Positions 12,958 to 24,442 of a stretch of 64,000 nucleotides of DNA are shown piece by piece. How positions within the stretch are numbered: position 1 is the stretch's first letter; every line of letters begins with the position of its first letter. The notes below the pieces were generated by a model. That model did not search any database. It saw only the letters and a program-made list of their open reading frames with translations, and was not told the DNA's origin. Source of the DNA: Mustelus asterias (Eukaryota); NCBI RefSeq assembly GCF_964213995.1, contig NC_135815.1:49786001-49850000 (forward strand). The letters are read 5' to 3'. A program made the position numbers and the translations under genes.

Positions 12958-13625
12958 AATGTTGTCAACACAAATGCAGAGGGTTAAGTTGCTATGTGAC
13001 TGCATCAGCAAATGAAGGAGTTGGTGCAAATGAAAAAGGAGCCTTGAATACCAAAATATAATCTCTGAAAATCAAAAGCAGCCCTTCAGAAAAGTTCAAA
13101 AAAATTTTTGACCCCTGCTTCAGCATAGCACCAATCACCCTGAAACCTTTTTCTGCTCTGTTGTTCCATTTTCCATGTTTTAAATTACCGCAACATTATT
13201 CTGTGCAATTTCCCTTTAATAGGGAATGGCTGCTTTAAGAACTGAAGGTTGGCTAAACCAGATGTTCTCAGCACAATGCTGTTCAGTTTCCTACTGAGCG
13301 AGAGACAACCAGCAGTGTAGAATCCACCTTGACCTTGCGCTACAATCATGATACTGAGGTGGCAGTATCAAATTAGCAAACTCACCTCCAACAGAACCAG
13401 CACAGGCAGATTGTGAATCATGATCCACATCCACAACACACAATAGGGGAAGTCACTAAAAAAAGTGTTAAACTGAAAAAAATTGGCAAATTAGCCTTTT
13501 GCTTCTTTAAGAGCTCTATTGCGGGTGGGAAAATGAAGTATACAGAATGATTCCATGTTAAGCAGATGAAAAATCATACTGTATCACATTTGAAATGCAT
13601 TTAAGTAAAGCTTTTGCACGCGTTA

Positions 13626-14203
13626 GGTAGAATTTAATGCCCTCCCACAAGACATGTTTGGAGGCAGGGGGTATTTAATCAGGCAGAGAATGCTGTTTGG
13701 GGATCTCATATCTTCCTACTATTATCCTGATTAAGTCCTGGCAGGAAGGCTTGGACCAGTGGAAGCTTGCTGTCAGGCACTGTGTCTCATTGGGGGACTT
13801 GACTTCGGGAAGGAGGGGGCCAATGAAAGCCATCACCCCAGCCATTTCTTCTTTCTTCCCCTGCAACTTCCTAACCAGAGACCTCTTCCAGGGGGCCCCT
13901 TCACTCACCTGTGACCTGATTCTTGTGCAGCTCCTGGGCCTCTGTTAGGTTTATTGCCAGAAGTTACTACCCCTTTGGTGGCATTGATGGCAATAAGGAT
14001 CAGCCGAGCTCTGTGTAGCCAGAGCTCTGGGGGGGGTGGAATTTCCACTTCAGAGATCTTCATCCCAAGAAAGGCCCGTTACCAGCCACTTAAGTACCTG
14101 AACAGCACAATGGGGAATGTCCTCCCCATAGAAGGTGACCTGGGGCTCTTGTCAGCTCTGCTGCTGGTGAGTGAAGCCCCCCTCGTTTGTGTTAAATTTG
14201 GCC
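13626..14203. mobile_element. Harbinger-like MITE
   Basis: Imperfect terminal inverted repeats GGTAGAATTTAA / TTAAATTTGGCC; GC-rich interior in AT-rich flanks. Confidence 0.5.
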
Positions 14204-14472
14204 TTTAGTGTAAGAACAATTTGGGCAAAAGAGGCAGAGGTCCAATTATATAACTTTCTGGATTTTTTAACTCCTGTTTTCCAGTACAATTCTTGCATCA
14301 TTGACTCACAAATTGCTAATCTATCTTGTGTTGAAAGGATTTTATAATTACATGGTTAGAAAATTGTCAGTACTTAGAGCTTTTCAAAATCCTGATCTAC
14401 AATTATTAGTGAACACATTTATAATGTTACACAGCAGTTACACAGTTATATTTTCCATTAATTTAATTGCAG

Positions 14473-14551
14473 ACCACCTGTCAGCAGAGCGGCTCCTCAA
14501 CCAGAAAAACTACAAAAGAACAATATTACCAAGAAGAAGAAATTGGTGGAG
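14473..14551 (+). CDS. EML6: EML6 exon, (R)PPVSRAAPQPEKLQKNNITKKKKLVE
   Basis: ttgcag acceptor, gtaaga donor, 79 nt (phase 2 to 0); matches recalled EML6 sequence preceding the third HELP motif. Confidence 0.95.
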
Positions 14552-15039
14552 GTAAGAAAATCCCTGGCACTGTTCTTTTTTTAAAAAAAACTTTTAATGT
14601 AGCTTGTCATCTTAAATCAACAGTTGATCAAATATCAAACACCACTGCATTAGTTTTGAAGTCCTAAAATTCACTAGTGGTGGAGCCATTTATAACAGAT
14701 GGACGACAGGTTTGGATTTGCCGCACCCCAAGCCATGTGTCTCATGGCAGCAGCCCCATTGGCCAGCAGTGGGATCTTCTGGTCCCACTGTTGTCAACAG
14801 GGTTTCCTGCTGTATGAAGCCCCACCACCAGGAAACTCATGGTGAGGGTTTGCTTTCAGAGGAACTGGAAGATCCTGCCAGTGTGAATGGCCAGAAAATT
14901 CTGGTCCTTGTCACCCCAAAACTCTGAAAAAAGTACTTGACGAGATTTTAATCAAATTTGTAAACTATTCCTCTTTGAAAGCTAGAGGTGCGTCGGTCAA
15001 AGGTGACTCACTTAAAAATTCATTTTGAACATTATAAGT

Positions 15040-15822
15040 TGATAAGATATATGAGCAGAATTAGGCCATTCAGCCCATCGAGTCTGCTCTGCCATTTGAT
15101 AATAGCCGATATGCTCCTCATCCCCATTTTCCTGCCTTCTCCCCATAACATAAGAACATAATATAAGAACTAGCAGCAGGAGTAGGCCATCTGGCCCCTC
15201 GAGCCTGCTCCGCCATTCAATAAGATCATGGCTGATCTTTTTGTGGACTCAGCTCCACTAACCCGTCAGCTCACCATAACCCTTAATTCCTTTACTGTTC
15301 AAAAATGTATCTATCCTTGCCTTAAAAACATTCAATGAGGTAGCCTCAACTGCTTCACTGGGCAGAGAATTCCACAGATTCACAACCCTTTGTGTGAAGA
15401 AGTTCCTCCTCAACTCAGTCCTAAATCTGCTTCTCCTTACCTTGAGGCTATGCCCCCGCCAGTGGAAACAACTTCCCTGTTTCTATCTTGCCAATTGCCT
15501 TCATAATCTTATATGTTTCAATAAGATCTCCCCTCATTCTTCTGAATTCCAATGAGTATAGCCCCAGTCTACTCAGTCTCTCCTCATAAGCCAACCCTCT
15601 CAACTCCAGAATCAACCGAGTGAATCTCCTCTGCACCCCCTCCCATGCCAGTATATCCTTTCTCACGTAAGGAGATCAAAACTGTACACAGTACTCCAGG
15701 TGTGGCCTCACCAGCAACCCTTCAACCCTTTACCAATTAAAAATTTGTCTAACTCCTCCTTAAATTTACTCATTGTCCCAGCATCCACCGCCCTTGGGGG
15801 TAGCAAATTCCACAGATTCACA
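15040..15822 (-). mobile_element. Two nested CR1 3' fragments (inner copy about 15150-15715)
   Basis: Two CR1 3' tails in series; ORF EGVQRRFTRLI..YEERLSRLGLYSLEFRRMRGDLIE. Confidence 0.85.
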
Positions 15823-16024
15823 TTATATTTTTAAATCAGTAACAACTGAATTCCAGGCATTAAAAGGGTGTTAGTAATTCCATCTCCTCTGTGGCTGCTC
15901 ATTCGTTCTGTGGTCGCACCCAGCACTGTCCCCCCTGGCTACATTTGTAAATTCCCCTTCAAGAAAGCATTCAAATTAATGCTTAGAAGGAATAAAATAC
16001 ATGCATATGAACATGCAAATTAGG

Positions 16025-16830
16025 ATCAAAACCAATTTCTCCCCAATCAATCTTTGAACCAAGCATTCAGCTGCCTAATCTTATTTATCCTATGCCAGTT
16101 TACTTGTGGCTCAGGTAATAATCCAGAGATTATTACCTTTGAGGTTCTGCTTTTCAAGCAGAATCACTGTCCTATTCCTGTCTATGTAGTTGATATGTGT
16201 GCGGACCATGACAACAGGATCTTCCTCTTCCCATTGCAAGTTCCTTTCCAGCCTCAAGTGGATGTTCCAAACCTTGGCACTGGACAAGCAACACAGCCTT
16301 CTGGTCTCTTGCTCATGGCTACAGAGAACAGTCTTCATCCCCCGACTATACTGTCCCTACTATCACTACCTTCCCATTAACTTGCCACCACTTAACTGGT
16401 TTCCAGCAATACATTGTGATGATCAGTTCACTCATCTACCCTGCAGGCCCCCACTCTCATCCACCCTGCAGGCCCCCACTCTCATCCATGCAAGCTGTAA
16501 GAACCTCAAACCTGTTGTACAATTACAAAGGCTGAGGCTCTTCCACTTCTACCTTCTCAATCCAAATACCTGCCTCACTCTCAATCACACCCTCCTGTCC
16601 CTAACTATGGACTAAACCAGACATCCTTAGCTTAAGAGGAATGACTGTCTTCTGAAATGAAGTGTGCACGGCAACTTTTCCTCTCCCTGTAGCTCTTCCT
16701 CCAGATCATTGACTCCGAGCTGAAGATCCTCAAGCTCCAGATGCTTGCAAACATGTTTGCCTTGGTTCACACAGGGGTCCAACAGCTCTCACATACTGCA
16801 ACTGCAACATCACCTGCCCAGCCAACTTTG
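16025..16830 (-). mobile_element. CR1 ORF1 (SGNH/esterase-like) remnant
   Basis: LCCLSSAKV..LQWEEEDPVVMV resembles the CR1 ORF1 CCLPGARV..EDPVVVVH block. Confidence 0.6.
16431..16488. repeat. 25-bp tandem duplication, about 2.3 copies
   Basis: CTCATCYACCCTGCAGGCCCCCACT repeated. Confidence 0.9.
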
Positions 16831-17064
16831 TGTTTTAATTAACTAATTAATTATTTACCAGAATAAATTTTAATTAATACCTCTTACATCTGCTTATATT
16901 CTTATTATTTCAATAAATATTCTACTTAACACAACTAAAATTTCCTATTTTAGATAAGGTAGGTGGGAAATACTCACCAGCCAATGATCTAACTGCTTAC
17001 CTATCATGTCATGCCTGGATTTTTCTTTACAAACGTGGGCTCTGACAGGCTCCTGGTGAAAAGT

Positions 17065-17400
17065 CTTCCCCAAAGTCTCAGTCTGCTCTCTGTGTTTCTA
17101 TCCTACAGTCTCACTCTGCTCTCTCAATGTTTCAATCCCTGGGATCTTGCTCTCCTCTCTTTCCATTTCTGGTCGCAAAGTCTCAATATCCACTCACTGT
17201 TTCCAGCCCCAAAGTCCTAAGTCTCAGTCTCCTCTGTCTCTGTAATTGACCCTGAAATCTCACCCTCTCACCTTTTCTGACCCCGAAGTCTTGTTCTCCT
17301 CTCACTGTTTCTGATTCTGAAGTCTTGCCCTCCTCTCTGTCTTTCTGGCCCCAAAGTCTCTCTTTTTCTCCACTTTTTCTGACGCAGATGTCTCTCGCTC
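17065..17400. repeat. Degenerate pyrimidine-rich minisatellite, unit about 38-40 bp
   Basis: Recurrent CCCCAAAGTCTC...TTTCTG motif. Confidence 0.55.
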
Positions 17401-18984
17401 ATCTCTCCTGTTGCTTTTTTTTAATCCCCAATGATTCCTCTCTTGCTATGCCCTGAAGAATGCATGATATTGTTAAATGTTGCTGTGTTCAGTGGTACTG
17501 GGACCCAGATCTGTTTTATTTTTCAGTATGTCTAGAGAAAGCGGTTTTCTGTAAAAGGAGTGATGTGGTTAAAGGCCTCAGGAGGGCAATCTTACTGGCT
17601 CGCCCTGCCAGTCGACTGGCGAGGCGAGCCACTAAGAGAGCGAGAGAGGGGAAAAATCAGCTTTGCACCCAGTTTCTCAGCCCTCACGATACGACCGGCA
17701 CAATGAAGCTGACGTGATTGGGCGTGAGGCTCAATATTTAAATTTGAATTTAAATATTATTAGTGAGCCCAGGACAGAGTTTGTGCCCAGTTGCTTTAAC
17801 GGCCTCGCCAGCGAAGGTCTTCACCGGTGAGGATCGGTATGGTTTCAGTTGTCGGTATGTCATGAGACTATAAAAAGTGTTAGAATACAATTCTTAGAGG
17901 ATGTAATGGCCTGATCATGCAAAGTTTAACTTTGAGAGAATTCATCTGATGTGTGCCTCAGAATATGAATGAAAAAACCATTGTAGGTGAAGGTTTGGAT
18001 GTGGAAGTACATCATCAAAAAGGAAACCTGTTAACTTAGAGGCACCCCTGCTCCTCCTGCCCCAGAAGCATTGCATAGGTAGTTACATGCTGGATCTGGC
18101 CTTTTTTGCATCTTTTCAGCTGCCAGAACATAGCTGCTAAATTTGAAAGTCTATAAAATTAGAAACATGGAACTTCATTAGCATATTGAAAGCAGGTTAG
18201 TCACCAGTACCCGTATCCACTTCTGTTTAAAGCAGAAGTGGGCATGTTTGAAGTTGGGTGGAGTCGGATTATGATTTTAAAAAATTTAACTCCCTCTACT
18301 CCCCACCTCATCAATCATGTGGAGTTAAAATTCCCATCTAATTAGATGATGTCACTGAGAGCCAGGACATAGGGGGAAAAAAAGAGATGGCCAAGGGAAC
18401 TTCAGAGGTAATGGTAAGGTCATAGAAGAGAAGTTTAGGAGGAGGATGCATGGTCAACCATGTCAAAATCTGGAGATTTGTCAAGAAGGTGAGGTGGGCA
18501 AGTGCACCATGGCCATAATCATAGATAATATAACATGAACTGGTTAGGGCCATTTCAGTGCTGCAACACTGGCAGAAATCTAATGGAGAAGAAAACAAAA
18601 AGGTTAAGAATGATGAGTGGTTTCAAACATCTGTCCTTAAACGATTTTTGTGGAACATGGGGCAGAGAATGAATCAGTTGGAAAATGGACCCGGGAATTG
18701 CAATGCACAATTAGCCCATGTCCGTTTGTTGCAATGTAGGCCAAATGCAAACTTTGTGTTGCCTGCAGCTTAAATCATGGTGGTGTTCAATCCAGTGCTA
18801 GTCTGAGTGATTGAATGCCTCAGCAGGGAACCCAAGCTCATGTAAGATTAATACCACTCTTGCACGAATTAAAGCCAGTGCCTTCCTTAAAGGTGAGGTA
18901 CATTCTAGATTCAACAGGTGCTGGAAATAGTTACAGAAGGATCACTGAACAAGAAGAAGATTGGAACTGTGAAGCAAGGCAAAG

Positions 18985-19200
18985 AATAGGCTCCAAGGTT
19001 CTCTGATGCAACACTGGAGGCCTTGCTATAGTAGGTGGACAGGAAGAGAAAGATCCTCTTCCCAAAGGGACCCTCTGTCTGAACAGTCACTAGGAAGGCA
19101 ATGAAAGCAGATAACCATCATGGTCAATGCCAACAGTCTCAAGCTATCAATGTTAGTGATGAGGCACAGGCAGAATTCAACTGTTTCTGGCTAGTAATGA
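18985..19200 (+). mobile_element. Harbinger Myb/SANT-like remnant
   Basis: gctccaaggttctctgatgcaacactggaggccttgcta translates to APRFSDATLEALL, then VDRKRKILFP, with stops. Confidence 0.55.
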
Positions 19201-19901
19201 TAAGAACAATTTCAGGGCCTTATAATATGAAAACAGGGTCCAATGGTGCAAAATTTAAGACGGTAAGGGAAATTTTCAACTTAAACTGCCATGCAGTTCA
19301 GCCACTTGTTATTGAATCAGCCAGATTTTCATTTCCATTGAAATCAAATTGGGAAGTACCAGTAATAGATATCTGATCTCCAAAAACAACTAAATGCCCA
19401 TTCAGAAAGTTGAAAACTTCTAGCAGTGTATAACTGATCTATATGGAACAAAAATATTACAAGTTTTGATTCCTGTGATAATCCAGCTGATTGTAGCCAG
19501 ACAACAGTGCTACGATTAACCTCAGCACTCCGGGCTTAGTGTCACAATCTCTGATAACTTTTGTTCATATTTATTTGAAGAGTTATACATTGCAAGTGTA
19601 TATCTCCTAACCCAACAACCATAATTTTAGTCTATATCTATACATGTTCAAGTGAATTTGCAATTACTGCACCTGCACAATTAAACACAAATAATATGTA
19701 ATGAACATACCATATCACTCTCAACAACCCCTGTTACCTTATCAAAAACCTCAATCAAGATAAATAAACTCTGTTCAGGTCTCAAATTTTGTGGCTACCG
19801 CAACACAAATTCTTCATTTATACAATCTTCACAGACTGAAGTATATAACATCTGCTTCAATGTGTAGTGTTCTTGATGTCAAATTCATCTTTTGCTTTCA
19901 G

Positions 19902-20031
19902 GAGATTGTCTTAGAACATGTTTTTGGATACAGAGGCTTTGACTGCCGCAACAATCTTCATTACCTCAATGATGGGACTGATATTGTTTTTCACACAGCT
20001 GCTGCTGGCATTGTTCAGAATCTGTCATCAG
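19902..20031 (+). CDS. EML6: EML6 exon with HELP motif, EIVLEHVFGYRGFDCRNNLHYLNDGTDIVFHTAAAGIVQNLSS
   Basis: tttcag acceptor, gtaata donor, 130 nt (phase 0 to 1); HELP signature LEHVFGYRG. Confidence 0.97.
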
Positions 20032-20119
20032 GTAATAAGTGTATGACTTTTCAACTCAATGAAAGTAGAATTCTGAACATCGGAATAGGAAGAATAAATG
20101 ATGCTATTCTGCCAGTTAG

Positions 20120-21270
20120 ATCATATAAGCATGAATCTTAACTCCATGGACCAGCCGTGATTGCATAACCCTTTGGACCTATGCCTAGCAAAAATCCACC
20201 ATCCTCAGTTTTGAATTTTCAATTGACCTGATCATAGTAGCATTTGGGGGGAAGAGAGTTGCAGATTTCCACACAGAGGGCAGAGAAGAAGTGCCTCCTG
20301 ACACCACCCCTAATTAGCTTAGCTATAATTTTAAGGTTATGCGCCCTTGCCCTGGACTCACCACAGAGAAATAGGGTGGAATTTTACTGGCATGTCCGCC
20401 CGAGGTTCGTACGATCCTGCACGAGGCCAACAGAGAATGCCGTTCTCCGAGCCGAGCCCGCCCCCGGAATCGGGGCGGGTGTGCCGGTAAAATTCCGGCC
20501 AAAGTTTATGTCTATCCTCTCAAATCCTTTAATCAGTTTGTAAAAACTCAGTTAGATTACCTCTAATCCTCTATATTCAAGGGATTACAAACCTAATCAA
20601 TGCAACCTTTCCTTATAAATTAATTTTTTAGCCCCTTATCATTCTGATGAATCTACGCTGCAACTCCCTTCAAGGCCAATATATCCTGCCTGAGATTTGC
20701 TGTGCATAAATAAATGCTAATAGGGTCGAACTAGAGCTTTATAACATTTACGTAATTTCAACCCCTTTGTATTCCAGCCCAACCTTCCATTAGCCTTTTT
20801 TTGTCACTGTTCATGAGTTTTAGTGATTCCTGTGTTTGGACCCCTACTTTCTCTTTATTTCTTCACAGTTCTTAACTTCTCACTCTTTAAAAAATACTCT
20901 GAACTCACACTTCACGCATTGGCCTCCATATACCACAGTTTTTCCCAATCGTAAAATCTACAAATGTTTCTTTGCACTTTCCTCTTCATTATTTACTGTG
21001 CCACCTAACTGGATGTCATCAGAAACCTTTGATATAGAATTCTCTATTCCTTTATCTAAATAATTCATAAATATGGCGAAAGGCAGTACAGATCATTTGC
21101 GACATCATTATTTGCATACTGCATTTTGAATACATATCCATTCCGACACCTTCCTCCTGACTAATTTCTTGCTCATGACAATAACTTGCCTCTAATTCCA
21201 TACACTTAATGTTATTAGCAATCTCTTGTATGGAAACTAATTGTTACCTTCTGGAAATTCATATAAATAG
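20120..21270 (-). mobile_element. Old CR1 fragment hosting a MITE
   Basis: Reverse-complement CR1 3' UTR and RT remnants. Confidence 0.65.
20374..20500. mobile_element. 127-bp Harbinger-type MITE
   Basis: About 28-bp imperfect TIRs GGGTGGAATTTTACTGGCATGTCCGCCC / GGGCGGGTGTGCCGGTAAAATTCCGGCC; CpG-rich. Confidence 0.8.
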
Positions 21271-21403
21271 CACTCCTACATATCTCTGTTAGTTGATGTT
21301 GTCATGTGTGTTCTGTCCAAAGATAGACTCTTAGCTTATTATCTGCTGTTTTCTTGGCAATTTTTTGCTAGTGGTGGTTTGCCATTGCCTTTCACTCTCA
21401 GGA

Positions 21404-21617
21404 TGTGGAGATGCCAGCGTTGGACTGGGGTAAACACAGTAAGAGGTTTAACAACACCAGGTTAAAGTCCAACAGGTTTATTTGGTAGCAAAAGCCACAA
21501 GCTTTCGGAGCCTTAAGCCCCTTCTTCAGGTGAGCTTAAGGCTCCGAAAGCTTGTGGCTTTTGCTACCAAATAAACCTGTTGGACTTTAACCTGGTGTTG
21601 TTAAACTTCTTACTGTG
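21404..21617. mobile_element. Penelope-derived fold-back mini-element with 14-bp TSD, inserted in a tRNA-derived SINE
   Basis: 87-bp inverted arms 21432-21518 and 21534-21620 (1 mismatch); TSD TTTCACTCYCAGGA at 21390-21403 and 21618-21631; arms match the end of the Penelope element at 40466. Confidence 0.88.
21496..21532 (-). ncRNA. Minimal type I hammerhead ribozyme motif
   Basis: Minus strand CAC-CUGAAGA-A-GGGGC UUAAG GCUCC-GAAA-GC-UU-GUG; AAGCUU palindrome at stem III. Confidence 0.75.
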
Positions 21618-23275
21618 TTTCACTCCCAGGACAGGGCAATGAAGCAAATGCCTTGTCTACCTCAGCCAGAATGAGAATCAAATGCATGCTATTACTGTTA
21701 TTCTGACCAACTGCTAGCCATCTAGCTAACTGAGCTAACCAGACCCCAAGTGTTAGTTGCCTCAAAAAATTAATCTAGGTTAATTAGACATGAATTATCT
21801 TTTACAAGTCCAGGCTTACTCACTCTTATTGGTTCATACTTATCCAGGTGCACACTCAATTTTCCAAATTATAGATTCTAGTAGCTTTCCCACAATAGAC
21901 ATTAGACTAATAGGATTATGATTTCCTTGATTATCTCTCCGACTAAGAATGAAGTGGTAGTCTGTTTTAATGTAATATTTTCAACTGTCTTTCCATTTTG
22001 AAAATTAATTAAATTCTTATCAATTGCAATGATAAAATTAGAAAATTACAGTTCCAAAACTTCTTCAACTAAGATAATCTAGAATCAGTGGTTTCAATTT
22101 ATAATGATTAATAGATTGCAATTTAAAATAATTGCAATAATTTGAAAATATTAAGGGTGAAATTGCATCACTTTGTGCTCATTTTCTGATCCAATTTAGA
22201 CAACCAACCTCCCATGTCTGAACAGCATCAGATGTAAGTCCAATACTATATTGGATCAAATGCTGTAGAAGCGTTCCTGGCTGTTACCTAAAACAGACAG
22301 TAAACCACTCGAATATGGTAATAAGGGGTATTAAATCTCCTCTAAGATACAGACCGGGAATTGGTTCTCCCTCGGTGTAGCTGATATTGCATCTCGGGCA
22401 TACTGGCTCCAGATACAGTTTAAAAAATACGTCCCTTGGTGTGGAGCAAGAGGAGAAACATTTACTGCCCAGATCCACATTAAAACTTCGAGCTGCTACC
22501 AGCTACTACTTGCTCTTTCCAAGAAAAGGTAATAAGGACTTAATACTTTTAGTTGTGTCTCTGAGAACTGATCTTGCTTCCCTCCTCCTATCATCGCCAC
22601 CCTCAATCTCCCAGCAGTTGGTATGTTGTCATTGTCACAGCAAATGACACCTGCAGTTCACTGTTACTATTCTAATTAAGCTGATAGACTAATTTACCAT
22701 GGGAAAGTAACACGCCTGCCCAAAATAGCAGCCTTCTTACGATATGAAAGTTAGGATCCAAGACTGTGCGTAGGACCCCAAAATAAAATTATCCCAGCTC
22801 CACCTGCTACCCACCCCCCTCCCCTCCCTCAGCATTGCCACCCCCTCCTTTAAGGTCCCACTTCGCTTTGGTTATGTGGATGAGCCACTGGATTTCCTAT
22901 CCTGGATTAGCATGCTGCTCACCAACACATGTTCAATGCTAATACCTCACTGAAATTATTCTTGGGAGGTTCCAGCCATGAAAGTTGGTTGGGCCTTACA
23001 CCAATACCATTAGGCTGGTAGATCCTGGTTTTAAATAAAAGATAATTATAATTTTGCACAAATAGTTTTGTAGGATCAACAATATCGCCTTTGTACAGAC
23101 AATGGAAAGCTAATGTACCAAATTGGTAGTTTCCAATATATGCTAATCTATTTGAATATTGAAGCACTTCAATGACTGTAATTGTATAATGCTGAAATAA
23201 TGTTGGCCTAATCTTTTAAATAAATATTTTATTTTGTATTTTTGCATTGTATCTGTTCTGTTGAAATTATTCTGA

Positions 23276-23422
<147 letters not shown>

Positions 23423-23689
23423 TAACTGGCTGAGTAATAGATTAATGTTTATACATTCACTTAAAATTAGACTAATAAATATGTTTTATGTAACAATCCA
23501 AATATTAATGTTAGTGCATTTGATTGATATTTTATGGGTATTTATTGAAATTATTGAGAAACCCAGAGACAGTTTGGCTCTTAACATTCTGCTTGAAGAG
23601 AAGGAAACTGAATGACAATAAAAAGATAAGAAAAGTTGTAACAGAAACAAAAGAGCTGTTGGCTGTGATCTAGCAGCCACACTATTACA

Positions 23690-24442
23690 GGCACGAATTC
23701 CATAATGGCCACTAAATCTCGGGAGAGGCCAAAAATGGGATTTGTGCTGGTGAGATTTCAGTTTCCCCCTCTAGTGACGTGATCAAGTTCACGCCCAGGA
23801 AGGGCGTGAGCCTGATGATTTGTATATATTTGCATAAATTAGAATCTCATTAGTAGACTTGATACTACTATTTCCACCCTCAACACATCTTCCCACCCAA
23901 CCAGTGTGACACCATGCCGGTGCGAATCACTTACTGGTTTTCAAAAACGAAAACCAGTCATGATGACCACGCCTGAGGTGCACAGGTTATTTTAGCCCTT
24001 GGGTGGTGAGGGACATGCCCTGGCACTGCCAATCTAGCAGTGCGAACCAGGGAGTGCCAGACTGGCAGTGCTGGGGGCAGACCCTTTGGGAAGCCCCATT
24101 TGGAGAGTTCCTCTTATGTGCGGTTGCTGGGGGGGGGGGGGGGGGGGGGTAGTGCCTTGATGCCTTTGAGGGAGGGGGTGCTCCAATTCTTGGTGGGGCG
24201 GGGAGGTGGTTGGTTGCTCTGATGCTAATAGGGGAGTCCTCCATGTCAGAGAGAGCCAGGGGAAATTTATTTCTTGCGCAGATTAGGGAGCCCTTTAAAG
24301 ATGGTGCCCCAGTCTCTATGGAACTGGTCTTACCAGCTGTATCAGGTCCTACCCGTCAGAATGCCAGAGAATCTGGAGTGAAAACACAGCTGTGCAGCCG
24401 GTTTTCAGTTTGAAACTGACAAATATTGGGAAGATTCCACCC
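23690..24442. mobile_element. Harbinger-like non-autonomous element with poly-G tract
   Basis: GC-rich block bounded by GGCACGAATTCC and GAAGATTCCACCC; boundaries approximate. Confidence 0.5.

Noticed and set aside
17065-17400. Repeat-spacer appearance suggesting a CRISPR array
   Set aside because: Eukaryotic intron, degenerate units, non-unique spacers and no cas genes; it is a minisatellite.
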